This document shows positions 57,405-64,000 of a stretch of 64,000 nt of DNA, one piece after another (the first letter of the stretch is position 1; every line of letters begins with the position of its first letter). The translations under genes were made by a program, and so were the position numbers. This stretch comes from Candidatus Nomurabacteria bacterium (GTDB lineage: Bacteria > Patescibacteriota > Patescibacteriia > HK-STAS-PATE-3), in the NCBI GenBank assembly GCA_023898465.1, contig CP060223.1:480001-544000 (forward strand), written 5' to 3'. The notes beneath the pieces were generated by a model. That model did not search any database, was not told the origin of the DNA, and saw nothing but the letters and a program-made list of their open reading frames with translations.

Positions 57405-58886
57405 ATGCAACGCGCCTCCGGAGTCTTACTGCCGGTCTCTTCACTACCTAGTCCCTATGGCATTGGTGATTTTGGGCCATCTGCGTATACCTATGTAGAT
57501 TGGCTGCAGGAAGCAGGTCAGAGATACTGGACCATCCTGCCTCTCCTTATCCCTGACTCGCTGGGGTCACCCTTTAATACCGTTTCCGCCTTTGCGCTGA
57601 ATTGGCAACTTATTAGCCCGGAACTTCTGGTACAACAGAAACTCCTTGATGCAAAAACTGCTCGTGCGCTACAGAGTGATGCAAAACGAGTTCGCCATCG
57701 TGAGGTAGCGCAAACAAAACGCCGAATTTTGCACCAAGCTTGGAAATATTTCCTTCTTCATGCAAGCGCTCAGCAACGGCGTGACTTTGCTGCTTTTCAA
57801 AAGCAAGAAAAAGACTGGCTAGACGATTTTGCGCTTTATATGGCAATCAAAGAAACGCAGCGAGGTCGACCCTGGTTTCGTTGGATCAACGTCTATCGAG
57901 AACGAGATTTTAAAGCACTGCAAAAGTTTCGCGAGAAACAAAGCGATAGGATACAGCAGCACGCTTTTGGCCAATGGGTTGCTACTCAACAATGGCAGTC
58001 ATTAAAAGACTATGCCAATAAAAAAGGTGTGCGTATTTTTGGCGATCTCCCTTTCGCCGTAGCGCATGACAGCGTTGATGTTTGGAGTCATCCAGAACTT
58101 TTTTACATAAGCCCGCAGGGTAAATCCCTCCAAGTACTTGGAGTTCCACCTGATAGTTTTTCTAAAACCGGACAACTGTGGGGTTCACCGGCTTATAAGT
58201 GGAAAAAACACGCAGCTACTCACTTCCAGTGGTGGGTGCAACGCTTTGCTAAAGCAAGTCAGCTCTATGACATGCTCCGGCTCGATCATTTCCGTGGTTA
58301 CGCAGCGAACTGGGTTATTCCTGGAAAAGCAAAAACAGCCAAGGGTGGACACTGGGAAAAAGTGCCTGGTAAAAAACTCTTCCGCGCAATTCAGAAAAAG
58401 GCTCAACACCTACACTGTGTGGCCGAAGACCTGGGTGTCATAACACCGGATGTGATTGCGCTAAGGAATGCTCTTCAATTTCCCGGCATGCGCATACTTG
58501 AATTTGGCCTAAGTGATGGCAAGCGAAGTGTGCACCATCCTGATAATTATCCAATAAACTGTGTAGCCTATACCGGCACCCACGACCTCCCTCCACTCAA
58601 ACAGTGGTTCCACAATGCAAAGCGCACAAGTAAAATGAATGCGACACGCTATGGGCAGAGCGACACCCAACACATTGGGCAAAATCTCATCCACGCCCTG
58701 CTATGGAACAAAGCGAAAATAGTAATCATACAAATGCAAGACCTGCTTGCGCTTGGCCAGGGCAGCCGTATAAACACCCCAGCCACCAAGCGAAATAACT
58801 GGAGCTGGAGATTGACTTCGACCTCTCTCAGCAAAAAAACAGCGCGAGAGCTAAAAAGTCTGCTCAAAGAAACGCGTCGGATCTAG
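57405..58886 (+). CDS. malQ: 4-alpha-glucanotransferase (GH77)
   Basis: SGVLLPVSSLPSPYGIGDFG N-terminus, LRLDHFRG, GDLPF, EDLG. Confidence 0.9.
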   Translation: MQRASGVLLPVSSLPSPYGIGDFGPSAYTYVDWLQEAGQRYWTILPLLIPDSLGSPFNTVSAFALNWQLISPELLVQQKLLDAKTARALQSDAKRVRHREVAQTKRRILHQAWKYFLLHASAQQRRDFAAFQKQEKDWLDDFALYMAIKETQRGRPWFRWINVYRERDFKALQKFREKQSDRIQQHAFGQWVATQQWQSLKDYANKKGVRIFGDLPFAVAHDSVDVWSHPELFYISPQGKSLQVLGVPPDSFSKTGQLWGSPAYKWKKHAATHFQWWVQRFAKASQLYDMLRLDHFRGYAANWVIPGKAKTAKGGHWEKVPGKKLFRAIQKKAQHLHCVAEDLGVITPDVIALRNALQFPGMRILEFGLSDGKRSVHHPDNYPINCVAYTGTHDLPPLKQWFHNAKRTSKMNATRYGQSDTQHIGQNLIHALLWNKAKIVIIQMQDLLALGQGSRINTPATKRNNWSWRLTSTSLSKKTARELKSLLKETRRI

Positions 58887-58963
58887 TCTTTACTTTTCTT
58901 GTAGAATGCGATAAGTATTGTACAGATTTTGGATAGGTCGCACATTAAAATGGAGGTAATCGG

Positions 58964-59563
58964 ATGTCGCTTATTCAGGCTCGTGTACACGAGCAAATAG
59001 CCTTCAGCAATCAAGCTGATTTCACACGACTACTGCAGCGCTATCTCGTCGCGGACCAAATCCAGCCGGGGCATCAGAACGGTACAGCTGAAGTCTCGGA
59101 AAGGCCGCGGGTGGTTCGTTTTCCTGGATGCCTGGTAGTGACGGCCGCCTATCGAAACCTCGCAGTTGGAGGGATCGACCGGTCAGACCTGCACAGACTG
59201 CATCACTTGCACGCATCACTTCGCGCCGAGCTGTATGAACCTGATGAGCTGGCCCGGGTTGGATTCTGGTCGCAGACTGATCCGGCTGCCGTCGTCACTC
59301 TCACAGCCCTGGGTGGCGGGATTCAAGAGGTTCGCTTCTTCGAATCCGAATGGCAAAGGTGCGATCAAATTCCACTCTTCTTCCAACGACTCCGTGAAGA
59401 GCATGGCGATGACGCAAATATCATCGTGCTAGAAGCGGCAGCTGCGAAGGAGATGCTCGAACTGGGCATCACGCCAAAGAGCTTGCAGTGTTTCTTGGTC
59501 CAGATCGATGCCCACCGGGTTTCTGTCGTCGACAACTTCATGCCAACTTTCGTGCCCAAGTAG
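58964..59563 (+). CDS. hypothetical protein (199 aa), GC-rich
   Basis: GGAGG SD 7 nt upstream. Followed by a clean terminator. No motif recognised. Confidence 0.5.
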   Translation: MSLIQARVHEQIAFSNQADFTRLLQRYLVADQIQPGHQNGTAEVSERPRVVRFPGCLVVTAAYRNLAVGGIDRSDLHRLHHLHASLRAELYEPDELARVGFWSQTDPAAVVTLTALGGGIQEVRFFESEWQRCDQIPLFFQRLREEHGDDANIIVLEAAAAKEMLELGITPKSLQCFLVQIDAHRVSVVDNFMPTFVPK

Positions 59564-59575
59564 GAGGATCTCCCA

Positions 59576-59607
59576 GGCCCTGAGGTAAACACTTCAGGGC
59601 CTTTTTT
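59576..59607 (+). terminator. intrinsic terminator
   Basis: GGCCCTGA-N10-TCAGGGCC + U6. Confidence 0.65.
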
Positions 59608-59621
59608 ATTTTACGTATGAC

Positions 59622-59649
59622 TTGACAAAAGCCCTCTTTTTAGTATACT
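59622..59649 (+). promoter_or_regulatory. sigma70 promoter TTGACA-N16-TATACT
   Basis: Read directly, ~70 nt upstream of the GTG start at 59719. Confidence 0.5.
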
Positions 59650-59718
59650 GGCCGGTCTAGAAATAGTAGTAGCTATCGAACGGAACGTATATTCACAAAG
59701 GGAAGAGGAGGCTCAAAC

Positions 59719-61161
59719 GTGGTGCAGAAGACTGCCACGGCTTGGGTCGTGGCATTCATTCTTCTGTTCTGCCACGCTCAAGCCTCGACTGCTACAGTCA
59801 CTCATTTCGTTTTTGGCATGCGCGGCAACGCGAATGTCGACGTGTGTGACAACGGCGACCTTCGCCAGTTTCACACCACGCCGGCAGGTGGACTCGTATT
59901 CACCAGTATGGGAGGTGGCGAATTCGAGATCGGTCTCGAGGGTCAAGTCAGCTGCAGTCGTGATGGAGGAGGTGGAGAAAACCTCATCCAAAACGGCGCT
60001 TTTGACCAGGGCACTTGCTCAGAATGGGAATTGGAGGACCCCAATGGACGCGCTGCAGCATCCTGTAGCAATGAGGGTCGCGTCACCGTGCAGAGTAGCG
60101 GACAATACTACGAAGTCCAGCTCAAGCAATCGATCCCGCTGATCAATGGTCAATGGTATCGTCTGAGCTTCGACGGCGACAGTAGCGTTCGCCACATCAT
60201 ACCGGTCGGAATTATCAATCCGGCCAGCTATGATTCGATCGGCCTCTGGGCTGATTGCGATCTGCACACCGATCGACGCAGCTTCGAATACCTTTTTCGC
60301 TCCAGTGAGACCATCTCTGATGCACGCTTCAGTTTCTACATTGGTGAACATCCGGCGACCTATCGTTTCGACAACGTAACGATAGTGCCGGTTGATCCCA
60401 GTGCAGACTGTTTCCGTGCTCCAGGTGAACTCATTGTGAACGGAGGGTTCGAGTGCGATCAGGTCTGCCAGCACGCTTGGCGATTCGAGGATCACTTTGG
60501 ACCCGGCTATGCTCTGTGCGATGCTGTGTCCCATAGTGGTGCTCACTCAGCCAAGCTACGACCAGCTCAAGCGGGTCAGTACTACGAAACGCAGTATCAG
60601 CAGCTTGTCACTGTCCAACAGGGACAACGCTATGAATTGCGTTTCTACGCCCGGACCAATCGTGACCCGCAGACTATTGTGGTCGAGCTGGTTGACCCAC
60701 AGAGCTTTGCGAACCGCGGACTCGTCTTTGGTCCCGTGCTCAACAGTAGCTGGACTGAGGTGCGACAAAGCTTCACTGCCAATCGTAGTGGTGTTGCTCG
60801 TCTCGGTTTTGCGGTTGGTAACTGGGACCCTGGTACTCCGGTCTGGATCGACGACGTCAGCTTGCGTCCGGTACTTAGCGTCGGAGGCGGTGACGCACAA
60901 AGCGCGACACCATCAGCCCTGGCCACCCAAGCGAACGCTGCAGTCTTTGCTCTAGAGCAACGAGCTGATGTTCGTATCAACGTCTTTGACGTGGGAGGAC
61001 GTCAAATTGCTGGCGAGTCTCGCTCCTTGTCTGCCGGGACTCATACCTACATCTGGGACGGATTGCTGCACAGCGGTGTCCGTGCTCCCAGCGGCATTTA
61101 CTTTGTCCAGGTCACCGGCGCTAGTGTCCATGCCATCAAACGCATTGTAATGGTGCGTTAG
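59719..61161 (+). CDS. secreted protein with two CBM4/9-like jelly-roll modules and a FlgD-Ig / T9SS type-A-like C-terminal domain
   Basis: Signal peptide. Duplicated NLIQNGAFDQG..EWE / ELIVNGGFECD...AWRFED openings with F.FY / LRFYAR and W(I)DDVS(L) endings. C-terminal RINVFDVGGRQI....LSAGTHTYIWDG......APSGIYFVQV........KRIVMVR. Confidence 0.65.
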   Translation: MVQKTATAWVVAFILLFCHAQASTATVTHFVFGMRGNANVDVCDNGDLRQFHTTPAGGLVFTSMGGGEFEIGLEGQVSCSRDGGGGENLIQNGAFDQGTCSEWELEDPNGRAAASCSNEGRVTVQSSGQYYEVQLKQSIPLINGQWYRLSFDGDSSVRHIIPVGIINPASYDSIGLWADCDLHTDRRSFEYLFRSSETISDARFSFYIGEHPATYRFDNVTIVPVDPSADCFRAPGELIVNGGFECDQVCQHAWRFEDHFGPGYALCDAVSHSGAHSAKLRPAQAGQYYETQYQQLVTVQQGQRYELRFYARTNRDPQTIVVELVDPQSFANRGLVFGPVLNSSWTEVRQSFTANRSGVARLGFAVGNWDPGTPVWIDDVSLRPVLSVGGGDAQSATPSALATQANAAVFALEQRADVRINVFDVGGRQIAGESRSLSAGTHTYIWDGLLHSGVRAPSGIYFVQVTGASVHAIKRIVMVR

Positions 61162-61193
61162 AGGCTGGAACCATGCGTCAACACATCTACAAC

Positions 61194-61230
61194 AGCGCCT
61201 GAAGAGATTTACTCTCTCAGGCGCTTTTTT
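61194..61230 (+). terminator. intrinsic terminator
   Basis: AGCGCCTGA..GAGA / TCTC..TCAGGCGCT + U6. Confidence 0.65.
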
Positions 61231-61287
61231 GTATATGAAAAGCCGCCAAAGTTCCGAAGAAGCTTGGCGGCGAGAGACGAGGAGGGA

Positions 61288-61611
61288 TCAGGCGCCCTCA
61301 GTACTGACCTCCTCCTTCCCGCAAAGATGCAGGATGAATGACAATAGCGTGAGGAACCCGAGGATCCCGCCTGCAATAAGCAGGAACCAGCGGCCGAGGT
61401 CTCCGAAGAAACCCCGATAGACTCCTTCGATGAAGGGACGATGACCCGTGCCTTCAAACACGAGTACCGTGGGGAATCCTCCCCAAAACATGAGGAGGGA
61501 GATGATCGCAAGAGTCGCCACCGACACACCCATGGCAAAGGGCGACAGAATGATCGCCAGTCCCATGTGCTTTCCGACCAGCTTGAGCAAACCCGTAAAC
61601 AAGCGTGCCAT
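61288..61611 (-). CDS. small 3-TM membrane protein, GC-rich
   Basis: I place the start at MARLFTG, with GAGGAA upstream. Promoter TTGACA-N17-TATTAT at 61684-61712. Terminator GCCGCCAAAG/CTTGGCGGC at 61242-61270 + U-run. Confidence 0.5.
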   Translation of the reverse strand: MARLFTGLLKLVGKHMGLAIILSPFAMGVSVATLAIISLLMFWGGFPTVLVFEGTGHRPFIEGVYRGFFGDLGRWFLLIAGGILGFLTLLSFILHLCGKEEVSTEGA

Positions 61612-61683
61612 AATAGTATTCCTCGTATGTACCGACCTCAAAAGGTCGAGTTTGAGTCAATGTACAAAACGTATCTGGGCAAT

Positions 61684-61712
61684 ATAATAGCACATTTCGT
61701 TTATTTTGTCAA
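61684..61712 (-). promoter_or_regulatory. sigma70 promoter TTGACA-N17-TATTAT
   Basis: Read directly on the minus strand. Confidence 0.5.
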
Positions 61713-61721
61713 TATATAAAG

Positions 61722-62996
61722 CTAAAATCTTGCTAATCTTGGCGAATTATCATGCAATACTGTGCTTGCTGCAATAGTTTTACGGAAGCCCACTCGCTCT
61801 TGCGCATGCTTCCGTACATTCCACATTGCTCCCCAACGCAACATATACGCACCATAACGCTCATGCACTCGATCAATCACTGCTTCAACAGCATCGTGAT
61901 TTACCTCGGGCCAAATCTTGAGCTGACCGCTCCTTGGGCGTAAGCGAAAAGTGCCTATGCCTAAAAAAGTAAGGAAGCGTCCATGAACTTCTGGTGCTAA
62001 CATATCCCAGGCCAATTGAAAAAGCTTTCGCCCTTCGCGTAGCCCATCACCTAACTTACGCTGTCCACCGTGTGAAGCGCCTTCAGCCATACGGGTATAT
62101 TCACTTGGCACACTGCGAGCCATTGCCCAGATGCCATGGGCTTCTAAGTTCTTCTGGCGCAATTCCCGAGCAGTCTTTTCGCAAAGCTTCATCAACACCG
62201 CTCGGTGAAAAGTGTGATCGCGCGTACGTTCACGCAAGACATGCGTATGTCCAATTGACTTCGGGTCTCGCTCCTCCTGCACACCGCCTAATTCAATCCC
62301 TTGCACATTTGCCCAGAGCTCATAGCCACGCACTCCGAGAGCCTCCATTAGATTAGTAACTGGATAGCGATAAAGATCCTCGAGAGTAAAAATACCTAAA
62401 GCATGCAGGCGACGTTCATAGCCCTTATTAATCCCCCAAGCCTCAGTCACTGGTCGGCCGGCCAAGTAGCTTGGCACCTGGCGCCGCTCAAGCACAACCG
62501 TCCCACCCTTTGGCGCAATATCAGAGGCGAACTTAGCTAACCAGCGAGTTGGTGCTACCCCAATGGAACACCGCAGCCACTCGCCCACCTCGCGAAAAAT
62601 ACGCTGACGAAAAGCCTCACCTATCTTCGCCACTTCATCAAGTGAATGGGCGTCACCAGTGAAATCAACAAAAGCCTCGTCAATTGAGTAAGGCTCGATA
62701 TCCTCAGAGTACTCAGCCATGATACGAAAAATTGCTTCAGTGGTGGAATGATACTTTGGTGGATCAACCTCTACCACCTTCAGGGCAGGATAAATGTGCA
62801 AACCATCCTTCACCCGCATACCAGTCACAATGCCTAACGCTTTTGCTTCTCGTGAAGTGGCAATCATGCAGCCTCCCGGCGCCATGGTGGCGGCAATGCC
62901 GACCGGCCGACCTCGCAACTTCGGATTCGCCTGCTGCTCGACTGAGGCGAAATACGAGTTCATATCGAAATGGAGAATGAGGCGAGAATGAGACAT
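61722..62996 (-). CDS. dinB: Y-family DNA polymerase IV
   Basis: ILHFDMNSYFASVEQ, SIDEAFVD catalytic motifs. 424 aa. Confidence 0.9.
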   Translation of the reverse strand: MSHSRLILHFDMNSYFASVEQQANPKLRGRPVGIAATMAPGGCMIATSREAKALGIVTGMRVKDGLHIYPALKVVEVDPPKYHSTTEAIFRIMAEYSEDIEPYSIDEAFVDFTGDAHSLDEVAKIGEAFRQRIFREVGEWLRCSIGVAPTRWLAKFASDIAPKGGTVVLERRQVPSYLAGRPVTEAWGINKGYERRLHALGIFTLEDLYRYPVTNLMEALGVRGYELWANVQGIELGGVQEERDPKSIGHTHVLRERTRDHTFHRAVLMKLCEKTARELRQKNLEAHGIWAMARSVPSEYTRMAEGASHGGQRKLGDGLREGRKLFQLAWDMLAPEVHGRFLTFLGIGTFRLRPRSGQLKIWPEVNHDAVEAVIDRVHERYGAYMLRWGAMWNVRKHAQERVGFRKTIAASTVLHDNSPRLARF

Positions 62997-63136
62997 ACGA
63001 TTACTTAACTAGATTGACAAAACAAGCTTATGGGTGGTAAGTAAGAGGACTGTCTGATGCCCCTGAATCGGGTGTCTGTGAGCACTTACTCACATCCGTG
63101 GTGGAGACAGTGTTCCTTACACAGGAGGTAAAACCT

Positions 63137-63655
63137 ATGAGTCGCAAGAGTGCTCACCAAACGAGGACTCCATCAGACATCAACGAAGAATCACCCTTTC
63201 TCAGAACGCTCTACTATTCCTTGATGAAGTGGAGTACGGTCCCGAGGAAAGAGATCGTGCCCGAACTACAGGACGAAATGAGACTGCGAGCTGAGACAAT
63301 GGGTCTCAGCGTCACTCTCTCCAGCGGCGTTCAGGGACCGAGCTACACCGACGTCGTGCTTGGGCTTTACGTCCTGCTGACCCGTAGCTACGTCGAGAGG
63401 TCTATCCAGAACATCATCTGGGGAGTCCTGGGTCACTGCACAAATCATCAGTTCGCCAAGTTCATCCGTTTGACCAACGCGCGGCACAACCCTAATCCCG
63501 AGAGCAGGACAAGGGCGATGAGGGCGCTCTATGAAATCGCTTCATTGGGCCATAGTCGCTGGCTCAATGTTGGGAAGTCCTGGCAACGGGGCGCGAGGTG
63601 GCGCATGAACGAGCTGATCAACTCTGGTCGCTTCGAGGCCCCAATCTATTGGTAA
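63137..63655 (+). CDS. hypothetical protein (172 aa), GC-rich
   Basis: I place the start at MSRKSAH, preceded by AGGAGG-N8. Terminator at 63667-63698. Confidence 0.5.
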   Translation: MSRKSAHQTRTPSDINEESPFLRTLYYSLMKWSTVPRKEIVPELQDEMRLRAETMGLSVTLSSGVQGPSYTDVVLGLYVLLTRSYVERSIQNIIWGVLGHCTNHQFAKFIRLTNARHNPNPESRTRAMRALYEIASLGHSRWLNVGKSWQRGARWRMNELINSGRFEAPIYW

Positions 63656-63666
63656 GGAAGCTACAT

Positions 63667-63698
63667 AGCCCAGACACTCCGGTGTGCTGGGCTTTTTT
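63667..63698 (+). terminator. intrinsic terminator (shared with the convergent minus-strand gene)
   Basis: AGCCCAG.CAC-tccg-GTG.GCTGGGCT + U6. Confidence 0.6.
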
Positions 63699-63884
63699 CT
63701 ACTTCACAAACTCCACCTTTTCACACTCACTGCAATACATAGGCTTCATCGCATGCGTCACAAAGGAAGGTAAAGCACGCATAGGCTTAGCGCATTGACT
63801 GCAGCGCTTTGTGCCCCGCTCCTGTTTTGTTTCTCGAATCGTACGCGGTGTCATATATTTTCGTTTGCCCTCCATAGACACCAT
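63699..63884 (-). CDS. small zinc-ribbon protein (61 aa)
   Basis: CSQC ... CSEC pair, basic N-terminus. Confidence 0.4.
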   Translation of the reverse strand: MVSMEGKRKYMTPRTIRETKQERGTKRCSQCAKPMRALPSFVTHAMKPMYCSECEKVEFVK

Positions 63885-63943
63885 TCCAAGCGTATGGTGT
63901 CAAAACAAAGATCAAAAGTGTTGTCCTGGCTTGAAACAGCAAA

Positions 63944-64000
63944 ATGATAATAAAGCTTATTGCCATCTCGGCGCCGATAGGTCAGATTCACCCGCTCCAC
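63944..64000 (+). CDS. possible 5' end of a CDS truncated by the window edge
   Basis: ATG followed by an open frame MIIKLIAISAPIGQIHPLH to the end of the window. Too short to name. Confidence 0.25.
   Translation, partial: MIIKLIAISAPIGQIHPLH

Larger units (their letters stand above)
58890..61715. other. GC-rich compositional island D (three autonomous genes between convergent malQ and dinB)
   Basis: Hand count of 59221-59280 gives 60% GC. Each gene has its own promoter or SD and its own terminator. Confidence 0.6.
63045..63700. other. GC-rich compositional island E (structured leader + one gene)
   Basis: Hand count of 63301-63360 gives 65% GC. Confidence 0.5.

Noticed and set aside
63050-63115. 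CUGAUG within a three-way junction in the island E leader suggested a hammerhead ribozyme.
   Set aside because: The core would need CUGAUGA ... GAAA flanking stem II. The GAAA element is absent and the junction sequence does not fit.
1-64000. Looked for CRISPR arrays, rRNA genes, transposases/integrases, reverse transcriptases (retron/DGR/group II intron) and additional tRNAs.
   Set aside because: I found no regularly spaced direct repeats, no rRNA-like conserved blocks, no DDE/tyrosine-recombinase/RT motifs in any track ORF, and no further T-arm (GGTTCGA-type) signature besides tRNA-Gln.

Overview
This 64-kb window looks like a small-genome Patescibacteria/CPR-like bacterium. That is my inference from gene content and low GC; there is no rRNA marker here. 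About 90% of genes are on the minus strand, in tightly packed and often ATGA-overlapping operons. Recognisable backbone, in order: a nucleotide-sugar / polyprenyl-P / GT-C glycosylation cluster with metK inside it (0.06-7.7 kb). An S8 protease fused to an FG-GAP propeller, then an HtrA-like protein. Two tandem Ca-binding-repeat proteins. tRNA-Gln(CUG) and dnaX. A VirD4/TraG-like ATPase module that includes a membrane-anchored single-ring Clp-type AAA+. cysS. A two-component system whose kinase carries an in-frame TAA. A terpene-cyclase-like / squalene-phytoene-synthase-like fusion protein. A copZ-copA copper operon with an ArsR+TRASH regulator. An ECF sigma factor with an anti-sigma-like partner. 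A heliorhodopsin and an MFS pump. An 1806-aa LVIVD/Fn3 surface protein with a MacB-type ABC pair. mnmA, malQ and dinB. The most unusual signal is compositional: five short 60-68% GC islands sit in intergenic gaps of a 33-48% GC backbone. Each island has its own sigma70-like promoter, strong SD and hairpin terminator. Two islands carry promoter-to-terminator, heavily structured RNA candidates (41.8-42.2 kb and 39.7-40.0 kb). One encodes a protein with a T9SS/FlgD-Ig-type C-terminal domain that looks foreign to this lineage. I found no CRISPR array, transposase, integrase or rRNA.
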